From Acidimicrobiales bacterium (GTDB lineage: Bacteria; Actinomycetota; Acidimicrobiia; Acidimicrobiales; GCA-2861595), in NCBI GenBank assembly GCA_035525365.1, contig DATLEK010000092.1, positions 4,641 through 68,640 of the forward strand: a stretch of 64,000 nucleotides of DNA, given 5' to 3'. Both the position numbers and the translations under genes were made by a program. The notes under the pieces were generated by a model that was given only the letters and a program-made list of their open reading frames with translations, did not search any database and had not been told where the DNA came from. How positions within the stretch are numbered: position 1 is the first letter of the stretch; every line of letters starts with the position of its first letter. Positions 35,056 to 47,568 of the stretch are shown here, one piece after another.

Positions 35056-35186
35056 GCCGACAGGCGATGCCGGCCCTTCTGACGCCGAGCCTTGAGTATG
35101 GCCCGCCCGGCGCGGGTTGACATGCGGTGCCGAAATCCATGGTTCTTGGCCCGCTTGCGGGCGTTGGGCTGGAAGGTTCGCTTCAC
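35052..35186 (-). CDS. rpmH: 50S ribosomal protein L34
   Basis: Absent from the ORF track (44 aa). My translation: (M)[46 protein letters not shown] start preceded by AGGAG. Confidence 0.9.
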   Translation of the reverse strand: MKRTFQPNARKRAKNHGFRHRMSTRAGRAILKARRQKGRHRLSA

Positions 35187-35467
35187 GGGCAACTCCTGGC
35201 ACGGGGTGGGGCGGTACGCCCTCTACGAGACCCGGCCTCTCCAGGGTAGGTCCCGAAGCCGCATTTCGACAAACAGCGATCCCAGACTTGGCCGTTCCCG
35301 CTGGTCACCGCACAATTCTCCTTCACCCCTCGCAGCCCGGCCGGAGCCGGTGCTACCTTCGCCAGCGACGGGAGCCGGAGCACAAAATCGACATAGGCCG
35401 CTCGAGGTTCGCTTCCCCGACCACGACGGCCCACAACACAAGAGGATGCGGAGCGCCCGATCGGGCT

Positions 35468-35502
35468 CTTCGTCCACAGGTTGTGGATCTCATTGTGGAA
35501 AG
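35468..35502. promoter_or_regulatory. Cluster of three DnaA-box-like 9-mers just upstream of dnaA
   Basis: TCGTCCACA (35470-35478, 8/9 to TTGTCCACA). TGTGGATCT (35482-35490) and TGTGGAAAG (35494-35502), both 7/9 in inverse orientation. Confidence 0.45.
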
Positions 35503-35530
35503 CGGGAGAGTGGGGGAGCCAACAGCGCCG

Positions 35531-36922
35531 GTGGAGAACGCGGAACGGCTATGGATGTTGTGCGCGGAGGCACTGCACAACCAGGTCAACGAGGCGACCT
35601 GGAAGACGTGGTTCGAAGGGATCCGTCCGTCATGGGCAGACGACGAACAGGTCGTTCTCAGCGTCCCCAGCTCCCTGGTCAAGGATCGTCTGGAGAGCCG
35701 CTACCTGACCCTCGTCGGTGATGTTCTCGCCGATGCCACAGGGAAGAAGCTCACGATCCGCCTGGTCGTCGACACGGACGCCGCTGCTGAGCAGCCCCGT
35801 CTGACATTCAGTCCGGCCAATGACCCGAAGCCGGCCACAGGGGATTCCGAGAGCCGGCGGTGGGACACCTCCTCGTCGGACGAGCCGGTGCAGGCGCCTT
35901 CAGTCGACGCCGACTACACCTTCGACGCCTTCGTCACCGGCCCCTCCAACCGGTTCGCGCACGCTGCGGCCCGCTCTGTAGCCGAAACGCCAGGTAAGTC
36001 TTACAACCCGCTGTACATCCACGGCGGCGTCGGCCTCGGCAAGACCCACCTGCTGCACGCCATAGGCAATTACGTCCGGCACAACTTTCGCGGCCGACTA
36101 GTTCGTTACGTGCCCAGCGAGACCTTCCTCAATGAGTTCGTCGACGCCATCCGCACCAACACCACCCCCGCCTTCAAGCGCCGCTACCGCGAATGCCACC
36201 TTCTCCTGGTGGACGATGTCCAATTCATGGAAGGCAAGGAGGGACTTCAGGAGGAGTTCTTCCACACCTTCAACGAACTGCATCAGACCAGTCGCCAGAT
36301 CGTCATCACGTCGGATCGTCCACCCAACTCCTTCACGACCCTCGACGACCGCCTCCGCAGCCGGTTCATGTCAGGGCTCACCGCCACCGTTCAACCACCA
36401 GACCTCGAGACACGGTTGGCGATTCTGCGCAGCAAGGCCGGCGACGAAGTAGCGACCGGGCACAGCGATGTACTCGAGTACATCGCCGAGAACGTCAAGG
36501 ACAACATCCGCCAGCTCGAGGGGGCTCTCACCCAAGTTCTGGCCCACGCCAGTGTCTATGGACAGCACCTCACTGTCGAGCTGGCCGAGGAGGTCCTCTT
36601 CGACCTGTTCGGCACCAACCAACCACGTCCGATCACCCCCAAAGTGATCCTGGACGCCACGGCCGATCTTTTCGGCTTCGAAGTAACAGACATCTGTGGT
36701 ACCAGTCGTCGCCGGCCCCTGGTGACCGCCCGCCAGATCAGCATGTATGTCTTCAGACACGTCACCGACTACAGCTATCCTGCCATCGCGCGCGAGTTCG
36801 GCGGCCGGGACCACACCACGGTCATCCATGCCGTCGAGAAGATCTCGACGTTGATGAAGGAGAAGCGCCAGATCTACGACCAGGTCAATGAGCTGATGGC
36901 TCGGATCACCAGTGGGGGATGA
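35531..36922 (+). CDS. dnaA: Chromosomal replication initiator DnaA
   Basis: Domain I ...LWMLCAEALHNQV....W.TWF. AAA+ domain NPLYIHGGVGLGKTHLLHAIG, LLVDDVQFMEGKE. Domain IV ...ARQISMYVFRHVTDYSYPAIAREFGGRDHTTVIHA. Start chosen at GTG 35531; in-frame GTGs at 35495 and 35510 are also possible. Confidence 0.9.
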   Translation: MENAERLWMLCAEALHNQVNEATWKTWFEGIRPSWADDEQVVLSVPSSLVKDRLESRYLTLVGDVLADATGKKLTIRLVVDTDAAAEQPRLTFSPANDPKPATGDSESRRWDTSSSDEPVQAPSVDADYTFDAFVTGPSNRFAHAAARSVAETPGKSYNPLYIHGGVGLGKTHLLHAIGNYVRHNFRGRLVRYVPSETFLNEFVDAIRTNTTPAFKRRYRECHLLLVDDVQFMEGKEGLQEEFFHTFNELHQTSRQIVITSDRPPNSFTTLDDRLRSRFMSGLTATVQPPDLETRLAILRSKAGDEVATGHSDVLEYIAENVKDNIRQLEGALTQVLAHASVYGQHLTVELAEEVLFDLFGTNQPRPITPKVILDATADLFGFEVTDICGTSRRRPLVTARQISMYVFRHVTDYSYPAIAREFGGRDHTTVIHAVEKISTLMKEKRQIYDQVNELMARITSGG

Positions 36923-37129
36923 CGCTGTGTCGGTGCCTTGTGATTTGGGGGGACAAGCGTGGCTTCGTCCACCGGACCTCGATCAAAGCGTCACAACCCT
37001 GTGGAAGAGTGGGGATGACGGCAGGACAGCCGTAGTAGCCCTGACCTGGGAAAACCATGGTTCATCCCCAATCCACAGCCTTTACAAACACTTCCTCCGT
37101 TTCTCTCAACCTACAAACCAAAGAGAACC
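36923..37129. promoter_or_regulatory. Candidate oriC core (dnaA-dnaN spacer)
   Basis: Degenerate DnaA boxes CTTCGTCCAC (36963-36972), TGTGGAAGA (37000-37008) and CAATCCACA (37069-37077). An AT-enriched stretch at 37081-37129 is roughly 40% G+C by hand count. This is the canonical oriC position in Actinomycetota. Confidence 0.5.
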
Positions 37130-38239
37130 ATGAGATTTCGAAGCGAACGCGATTCCCTCGTTGAAGCCCTGAGTGTCGCTGGTCGTGCCGTCACGGGCAG
37201 AGGCGGCGCTCTTCCAGTGCTCTCAGGTGTGCGCCTGGAGGTGACCGGTGAGCAACTGCATGTCGCCGGCTCAGACCTGGACCTGACCATCCAGGCCACC
37301 ATGGCGGTTGCCGGGTCGGGCGACGGGGTTGCTGTCGTTCCCGCTCGCCTGGTGACCGATATCGTGCGCTCATTGCCGCCCGGCGGAGTCAACGTCGAAG
37401 CTGGTGACGATGAGGTGTCCATCACATCAGGCCGTTCCCAGTTCAGCGTCCGAATGTTGCCCGCGGCTGATTTTCCGAGGGTTCCCGGGGGTGGCGACAC
37501 CGGGCTGGGCGACGCCGTTACCCTGGACGCCGGCGAGTTGGCCGACGCGCTCGGTCAGGTGGTGCGGGCGGCCTCATCCGACGATGCCCGGCCGATCCTC
37601 ACCGGCGTTCTGATGGCGGCGGAGGAGCGTGGTCTCAGGCTCGTGGCCACGGACTCCTACCGCCTCGCCGTCCGCGACCTGCCCGGCACGAGTGTGCTTC
37701 GTGAGGGCCAGACGGTGCTGGTGCCCTCCAAGGCTCTTTCCGAGCTCCAGCGGGTTCTGTCGGGTGCGGACAAGGTCACCCTGCGACTGGGCGAGCACGA
37801 CGCCAACTTCGAGGTTGGTGACGTGCGGCTCACCACCAGACTGATCGAAGGAGAGTTTCCGAACTACCGCCAGCTGATCCCTTCGACCTACCCGAATCGG
37901 CTGGTTGTGGGCAAGGCCGCGCTGCTCGAGGCAGTGCGGCGGGTCAAGCTGCTGGTTCGAGACGCTACGACCCCGGTCCGGATGGCTCTCGGCCCGGACA
38001 CGGTGGGTCTCACGGTGGTCAGCGCAGAGGTCGGCCAGGCCAACGAGGAGGTCGACGCCCACTACGAGGGCGCGGAGATGACGGTTGCCTTCAATCCGGG
38101 ATATCTCATCGATGGTGCCGAGGCGATCCCGGGAGACGAGATCATCCTCGACACACAAGACGCGCTGCGGCCGGCTGTGATCCGGGGGACCGATAGCGAC
38201 GACTACCTCTACCTGCTGATGCCGGTGCGGGTGTCGTAG
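37130..38239 (+). CDS. dnaN: DNA polymerase III beta sliding clamp
   Basis: MRFRSERDSL.EAL..., ...LVATDSYRLA, ...RLIEGEFPNYRQLIP, ...YLLMPVR. Confidence 0.95.
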   Translation: MRFRSERDSLVEALSVAGRAVTGRGGALPVLSGVRLEVTGEQLHVAGSDLDLTIQATMAVAGSGDGVAVVPARLVTDIVRSLPPGGVNVEAGDDEVSITSGRSQFSVRMLPAADFPRVPGGGDTGLGDAVTLDAGELADALGQVVRAASSDDARPILTGVLMAAEERGLRLVATDSYRLAVRDLPGTSVLREGQTVLVPSKALSELQRVLSGADKVTLRLGEHDANFEVGDVRLTTRLIEGEFPNYRQLIPSTYPNRLVVGKAALLEAVRRVKLLVRDATTPVRMALGPDTVGLTVVSAEVGQANEEVDAHYEGAEMTVAFNPGYLIDGAEAIPGDEIILDTQDALRPAVIRGTDSDDYLYLLMPVRVS

Positions 38240-38244
38240 CGGCC

Positions 38245-39318
38245 GTGGAGTTCAAGCGGCTCTTGCTGACCGACTTCCGGAACTACCGGACGGCGGAACT
38301 CGAGATCGCACCGGGCGGCCTCACGGTGATCGATGGCGACAACGGCAGCGGGAAGACGAGCCTCCTGGAGGCCATTGGCTACCTGGCCAGCCTTTTGTCG
38401 TTCCGCGGCGCACCGAAAGAGGCGCTCGTGAGGCGGGGGGCGCCGGCGGCCACAGTGCGGGCGGAAGCTTCAAGAGACGGACGTCCGGTGCTTCTCGAGG
38501 CCGAAATACGCCTGGTGGGGCACGACCGGGTGCAGGTAAACCGCCAGCCGCTCCGGCGGGTGCGGGACCTGCTCGGCACTATCCAGGTCACAGTGTTCTC
38601 ACCAGACGATCTCAGCCTGGTGAAGGGCGGCCCTGGAGAGCGGCGCCGTTACCTCGACGACGCACTGACCGCCCTCCACCCCCGCAATGATGCGCTCTGC
38701 TCCGAGGTGGACCGGGTGTTGCGGCAGCGAGGAGCTCTCCTCAAGCAGGCGGGGGGGAAGTTGAGCACAGAAATCGCCAACACCCTCGACGTGTGGGACG
38801 CCAAGCTGGCGTCGGCCGGGGAGGCGTTGGCCGACGTTCGGGCCGATCTGGTGATCCGCCTCGAACCTGAGATAGCCAAGGCCTACGACCAGGTTGCCGG
38901 TACTGCGTCGGTCACCTCCGTCCGGTACGTGCGGTCCTGGGAGGGCTCCCTCGCTGGTGCACTGGCCGCCGCCCGCCAGCAGGACCTGCGCCGTGGCGCC
39001 AACACCCTCGGCCCGCAGCGCGACGAGCTGGAGATGAACCTCAAGGACCTGCCCGCCCGCACCCACGCCTCCCAGGGGGAGCAGCGTTCGCTGGCCCTTG
39101 CCCTGCGCCTGGCCAGCCATGCGACTCTCGCTGCATCCGGTGGTGCTCCTCCGGTGCTCCTCTTGGACGACGTGTTCTCCGAGCTCGACGAGGACAGAGC
39201 CAGGGCCCTGATCACCCACCTCCCACCCGGACAGGCCCTTCTCACCACCACCGGCACGCTGCCCCCGGGAGTGTCTCCTGCTCTACGCGTGCGGGTTCAC
39301 GAGGGGCGGATCCTGTGA
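38245..39318 (+). CDS. recF: DNA replication/repair protein RecF
   Basis: FRNY......., Walker A GDNGSGKTSLLEAI, signature SQGEQRSLALALRLA, Walker B VLLLDDVFSELD. Confidence 0.95.
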   Translation: MEFKRLLLTDFRNYRTAELEIAPGGLTVIDGDNGSGKTSLLEAIGYLASLLSFRGAPKEALVRRGAPAATVRAEASRDGRPVLLEAEIRLVGHDRVQVNRQPLRRVRDLLGTIQVTVFSPDDLSLVKGGPGERRRYLDDALTALHPRNDALCSEVDRVLRQRGALLKQAGGKLSTEIANTLDVWDAKLASAGEALADVRADLVIRLEPEIAKAYDQVAGTASVTSVRYVRSWEGSLAGALAAARQQDLRRGANTLGPQRDELEMNLKDLPARTHASQGEQRSLALALRLASHATLAASGGAPPVLLLDDVFSELDEDRARALITHLPPGQALLTTTGTLPPGVSPALRVRVHEGRIL

Positions 39319-39704
39319 GGCGACCGTCACGTCGCCGTAGTGGATCGGCATGGCGACCTCTTCCGGAGGAAGAGGACCGGTCACCGCGCCGGTTGAGCGA
39401 CTCGCTCGACGGCATCACCCGGTCCATGGGAGCGCCCGGCGTGGTGGCCCTGGGTGTGTTGTTCAGCCGATGGGGGGAGATCGCGGGGCCCGTTGCCGCC
39501 GCCCACAGCTGGCCGCTGTCGGTCACGCGAGGAGCCCTGGTGGTGGCCGTGGACGGGCCCGGATGGGCCACCTCGTTGCGGGCACTTTCCGCGCAATTGC
39601 TCCAGCGGGTGGAGGAGGTCGCCGGCCCCGGTGTGGCCGAGCGTATCGAGGTCCGCGTAAAGCCTCGCGATCAGCGTCCGAGTCACACCCCGGTGGTAGA
39701 CTGA
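39315..39704 (+). CDS. dciA: DUF721-domain protein (DciA-like, Rv0004 analogue)
   Basis: The GTG overlaps the recF stop. ...W.EIAGPVAAAHSWPLSVTRGALVVAVDGPGWATSLR....LL fits the DUF721 pattern. Conserved recF-DUF721-gyrB order. Confidence 0.75.
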   Translation: MRRPSRRRSGSAWRPLPEEEDRSPRRLSDSLDGITRSMGAPGVVALGVLFSRWGEIAGPVAAAHSWPLSVTRGALVVAVDGPGWATSLRALSAQLLQRVEEVAGPGVAERIEVRVKPRDQRPSHTPVVD

Positions 39705-39774
39705 CCTCATTGCAATTCGGGCCGTTGAGCAGCACTTTTCCGTCCGGATCGCCTCCATCCCAAGTGGTTTTTGA

Positions 39775-41742
<1,968 letters not shown>

Positions 41743-41751
41743 GATGGCCAC

Positions 41752-44223
<2,472 letters not shown>

Positions 44224-44262
44224 GTAGCCCTCTCTCACCAGCTCTTCCCCCCTTCGCTGTGT

Positions 44263-44850
44263 TTGATCGAAAGGTTGAGTATGGAAGAGCGCGGGCACGA
44301 GCATGGCCAGGTGCTACCCCTGGTGGCATTGATGGTCGTAGGTGCCGGCCTGGCCTGTCTGGTCCTCGGTCGGTTGGGCGGGGCCGCGGTGGCCCGGGCC
44401 CAGGCGGTGACCGCGGCTGACGCCGCCGCCCTGGCCGGTGCGGCCGCCGGAAGGGGTGCGGCACGGGTATCGGCCACGGCCAACGGTGCCCGGATGACGA
44501 AGTACGAGGAGCTGGGTCTCGACACGAGGGTCGAGGTGAAGCTGGGCGGGGCCCACGCCTCGGCGAGGGCCAGGCGTCGTCCCGCGGCGCCAGCAGGGTC
44601 TGCCGGGATGGCCGCCGGGCTCAGAGCCGCCGTGGCGAGGGCCGAGCAACTCCTCGGGCGGCCCGTGCCGTTGTCGAGACCTGCGGTCGACGATCCAGGC
44701 CGGGTGCGCCATCGGGCGGGCTTGGCCATCGACGTTCCGGCGTGGCTGGTGGCGCGGCTGGCCCCTGTCGCTTCTCAGGCCGGATTGTGCCAGCCGTACC
44801 CCGAGGCGCACCCGATCCACTTCGAACTGTGTGCCCACGGAGTACCGTGA
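44263..44850 (+). CDS. Membrane-anchored protein with a minimal LAS/M15-type zinc-peptidase-like C-terminus
   Basis: N-terminal hydrophobic segment (VLPLVALMVVGAGLACLVLG) followed by an Ala-rich region. The C-terminus has HRAGLAID (HxxGxAxD) and PEAHPIHFE, resembling the metal-binding motifs of M15/VanY-type peptidases. Confidence 0.45.
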   Translation: MIERLSMEERGHEHGQVLPLVALMVVGAGLACLVLGRLGGAAVARAQAVTAADAAALAGAAAGRGAARVSATANGARMTKYEELGLDTRVEVKLGGAHASARARRRPAAPAGSAGMAAGLRAAVARAEQLLGRPVPLSRPAVDDPGRVRHRAGLAIDVPAWLVARLAPVASQAGLCQPYPEAHPIHFELCAHGVP

Positions 44851-45232
44851 CCAGGTGGCGCAGGGCCGGCGAGTGCGGCGCATCCTCCGCAGAGTCGACC
44901 CCTGGACGGTCCTCCGGTTCTCGGTGCTGTTCTACCTGTGCCTGCTGGTCGTCTCGCTGGTGGCCGGCCTGTTGCTGTGGGCCGCAGCCTCGACCACGGG
45001 CGTCATCGACAACTTCGAGCGATTCATAAAAGAACTGTTCGCCTTCCAGACGTTCAGTATCAACGGAGCGCTCATCTTCCGCTCCACTCTGATAGGTGGG
45101 CTGGTCATGGTGCTTCTGGGCTCCGGCTTCAACGTGCTCATGGCCGTGATCTACAACCTCACCTCCGACGTGGTCGGCGGCATCGAGGTGGCGGTGCTCG
45201 AAGAGGAGCCCACCCGGCGCACCTCGGTCTGA
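44831..45232 (+). CDS. DUF3566-domain membrane protein (Rv0007 analogue)
   Basis: RRVDPWTVLRFSVLFYLCLLVV....L.W......G........F......F......G..M.......N..YNL.SD..GGIEV. Conserved position between gyrA and tRNA-Ile. Confidence 0.75.
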   Translation: MPTEYRDQVAQGRRVRRILRRVDPWTVLRFSVLFYLCLLVVSLVAGLLLWAAASTTGVIDNFERFIKELFAFQTFSINGALIFRSTLIGGLVMVLLGSGFNVLMAVIYNLTSDVVGGIEVAVLEEEPTRRTSV

Positions 45233-45271
45233 TCATTCCCCAGGGCCCTCGTGTAGCCTCACCTCTCCCTC

Positions 45272-45345
45272 GGGGCTATAGCTCAGCTGGTTAGAGCGCA
45301 GCACTGATAATGCTGAGGTCGATGGTTCGACTCCATCTAGCCCCA
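45272..45345 (+). tRNA. tRNA-Ile (anticodon GAT)
   Basis: Hand-folded cloverleaf: GGGGCTA TA GCTC AGCTGGTTA GAGC G CAGCA CTGATAA TGCTG AGGTC GATGG TTCGACT CCATC TAGCCCC A. Confidence 0.95.
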
Positions 45346-45439
45346 CCCTCGAAATCGGCAAAAGCCCAGGTCAAGTGGGGTGAGGCCAGTCAGGGCGTTG
45401 TCCGCCAGAAGCCACGATTTTACCGGGATTTTCTGTCGC

Positions 45440-45461
45440 TACGGGCACGCAGCGGGCACGG
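45440..45461 (+). repeat. 22-nt direct repeat, copy 1 (downstream of toxin gene)
   Basis: TACGGGCACGCAGCGGGCACGG, identical to 46207-46228. Contains an internal GGGCACG x2. Confidence 0.85.
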
Positions 45462-45513
45462 CGGACGACGAGAGAGCTGACCGTCGAGCTCGCCGCCAAT
45501 TCACTCACAGATC

Positions 45514-45783
45514 TCACAGGGTTGCTACGGCTCGATCCAAGTCACGCCGATCGATGACGCGTTCCACCCACAGCCCCCGCTCAACCGGCCTGTACAAAAC
45601 CCGGTAGTCGCCTACCCGCAGCCGTCGCCACGGTGCTTTGCCGTGCAGAGCCTTAACGTCGAGGTTGGCAGCCTCGCCGGCCAGCGCCTGGAGGGCGACC
45701 ACGAGCCGCTTACGGTCGGGGCCTCGCTTGATCCTGCGCAGGTCCCGTTCGGCTCGAGCGGACAGTTCGACGTTGGTGGTCAT
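45514..45783 (-). CDS. RelE/ParE-family type II toxin
   Basis: 89 aa: ...A.RDLRRI........AL..LA.....DVKAL.G...WRRLRVGDYRVLYRP... Confidence 0.8.
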   Translation of the reverse strand: MTTNVELSARAERDLRRIKRGPDRKRLVVALQALAGEAANLDVKALHGKAPWRRLRVGDYRVLYRPVERGLWVERVIDRRDLDRAVATL

Positions 45784-45858
45784 CGGCCCCGTCGAGCCCG
45801 CTTGTGGAATCCCGACCTGGCTACGTCAGCGGGTACGGCGTGCCGCGGCGTCCTGTGC

Positions 45859-46140
45859 TCACTGGTCAAGCTCGTCGAGAACCTCGCCGAGCGGCTTGCC
45901 CCGGACCCCCTTGCCGATCTCCTCATCGGCCTCCGCCATGTTGGCCACGAACTCCGGAGCGTTCGCCAGCACCCAGTCCTCGAGGGCCTCCTGGTCGATG
46001 GGGACCACTGCCGCCACCGGCTTGCCGTGCTTGGTGACCACTGCCGGCCGCCCCGATGTGGCGACCTCGTCCACCACCGCGCTGGCGTTGTTGGCCAAGT
46101 CCCGGATGCTGACAGTGCTCACGCTGGTCATTGTACCCAC
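45859..46140 (-). CDS. Phd/YefM-family type II antitoxin
   Basis: VSIRDLANNASAVVDEVATSGRPAVVTKHGKPVAAVVPID, with an acidic C-terminal half. It lies 75 nt upstream of the toxin. Confidence 0.75.
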   Translation of the reverse strand: MGTMTSVSTVSIRDLANNASAVVDEVATSGRPAVVTKHGKPVAAVVPIDQEALEDWVLANAPEFVANMAEADEEIGKGVRGKPLGEVLDELDQ

Positions 46141-46206
46141 AACCGTGGTACTTCGTCATCCCGCAGCAGCTTGTGCCGCACCCTGTTCGAACCAGCGGTC
46201 GAGCCG

Positions 46207-46228
46207 TACGGGCACGCAGCGGGCACGG
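46207..46228 (+). repeat. 22-nt direct repeat, copy 2 (upstream of antitoxin gene)
   Basis: TACGGGCACGCAGCGGGCACGG, identical to 45440-45461, 67-88 nt upstream of the antitoxin start. Confidence 0.85.
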
Positions 46229-46297
46229 ATGGCCGGTAGGGTGTCGTTCCAGAGGCTAAAGGCGCAGGTCAGCGCCATCGCCGGCCGGCGATGACCT

Positions 46298-46345
46298 CAG
46301 CACTGATAATGCTGAGGTCGATGGTTCGACTCCATCTGGCCCCAC
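46298..46345 (+). repeat. Duplicated 3' half of tRNA-Ile (attR-like)
   Basis: CAGCACTGATAATGCTGAGGTCGATGGTTCGACTCCATCTGGCCCCAC matches 45299-45346 at 47 of 48 positions. The single A>G difference is in the acceptor stem. No 5' half is present. Confidence 0.9.
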
Positions 46346-46458
46346 GTGCTGATTCTTAGGACGATCCGGCGAGTACTGGTTGTCGTCAGTGTGGCCAGCG
46401 CGGTGACGGCCGTCCTTCGCTCGCGCCGGAGTAGCGGGTCACCGGCTCCGGCCGGAGG

Positions 46459-47505
46459 ATGGCACGAGCTTTCAGGGCCGGATCTCCGTTAGTGAAAGTG
46501 GTCGTAGTCGGGGTCGGGGCGGTCGGAGCCCGGGCCGCCCGCCAGATGATGGTGCCGGGAGCGACGACGGTCGTGTTGGTGGTCGACTCCGCCACCGATC
46601 GGGCTGAGGCGGTGGCCGCTTCGATCGGGCCACCCGTGGAGGTGACCTCATGGGGGCCGGGGATCCTGGGCGACGCCGATGTCGTCGTGCTGGCACTGCC
46701 CGACGGTCATCCCGCCATGGCGGCAGCAGCGCTCGTCGCCGGCGCCCATGTGGTGTCGGTAACCGACGATGTCGCCGAGGTACGGGGGCTGCTGGAACTG
46801 GACGAGGAAGCGCGCCGCCAGGGCCGCACGGTGTTGATCGGAGCCGGGCTCGCCCCTGGCCTGAGCTGCCTGTTGGCCAAGCATGCCGCCGCCGGCTTCG
46901 ACCGTGTCGAGGAGGTTCACGTGGCCAAAGCGGGCACCGGCGGGCCGGCCTGCGCAAGACACCACCATGCCGCCCTCGACGCTGACGGCCCCGAGTGGCG
47001 GAATGGCGGGTGGACGACCAGGCGGGGCGGGTCGGGCCGGGAGCTGTCGTGGTTCCCCGACCCTCTCGGCGCCCGAGACTGCTACCACGCGGCAGCGCCC
47101 GACCCCTTGCTTCTCGTGCCCGCCTTCCCGGAGGCGGTCAGGGTCACGGCTCGGCTGGCGGCCTCGAGGCGCGACCGGCTGACCGCCCGCCTTCCCATGA
47201 TGCGCCGCCCCCACCCCGAGGGAACCCTGGGGGGAGTGCGGGTGGAGGTGCGGGGCCGGCGGGGCCTGGCCACCGACACGCGGGTTCTGGGTGCGCTCGA
47301 CCGCCCGGCGGTGGCAGCAGGGGCGGTGGCCGCAGTGGCTGCAGACTGGGCCGGGACCGGCCGGCTCGCCCGTTCCGGGGCCGGTGGACTGGCCGAGATG
47401 GTCGAAGACCCGCTGCCTTTCCTCCAGGAGCTGGCTCATCGTGGCGTCCGGGCCGCCGCCTTCGGTGGTTCTGACTCCCCCATTGGAGTAGCCCCGTCGC
47501 TCTAG
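46459..47505 (+). CDS. Saccharopine-dehydrogenase-like NAD(P)-binding protein
   Basis: N-terminal Rossmann motif KVVVVGVGAVGARAARQ, about 340 aa. Assignment by general resemblance only; the start may be GTG near 46495. Confidence 0.5.
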   Translation: MARAFRAGSPLVKVVVVGVGAVGARAARQMMVPGATTVVLVVDSATDRAEAVAASIGPPVEVTSWGPGILGDADVVVLALPDGHPAMAAAALVAGAHVVSVTDDVAEVRGLLELDEEARRQGRTVLIGAGLAPGLSCLLAKHAAAGFDRVEEVHVAKAGTGGPACARHHHAALDADGPEWRNGGWTTRRGGSGRELSWFPDPLGARDCYHAAAPDPLLLVPAFPEAVRVTARLAASRRDRLTARLPMMRRPHPEGTLGGVRVEVRGRRGLATDTRVLGALDRPAVAAGAVAAVAADWAGTGRLARSGAGGLAEMVEDPLPFLQELAHRGVRAAAFGGSDSPIGVAPSL

Positions 47506-47568
47506 AGGATGGCGTCCTCCACGACGTCGGGCGGACCGCTGCCCGGGGGGATGTCAGTAGGGCCGGGC

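Larger units (their letters stand above)
45346..46345. mobile_element. Integrase-less islet (remnant of a tRNA-Ile-targeted element) carrying only a toxin-antitoxin pair
   Basis: Bounded on the left by the intact tRNA-Ile and on the right by a same-orientation 48-nt copy of its 3' half. Content is RelE/ParE plus Phd/YefM only. Confidence 0.55.
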
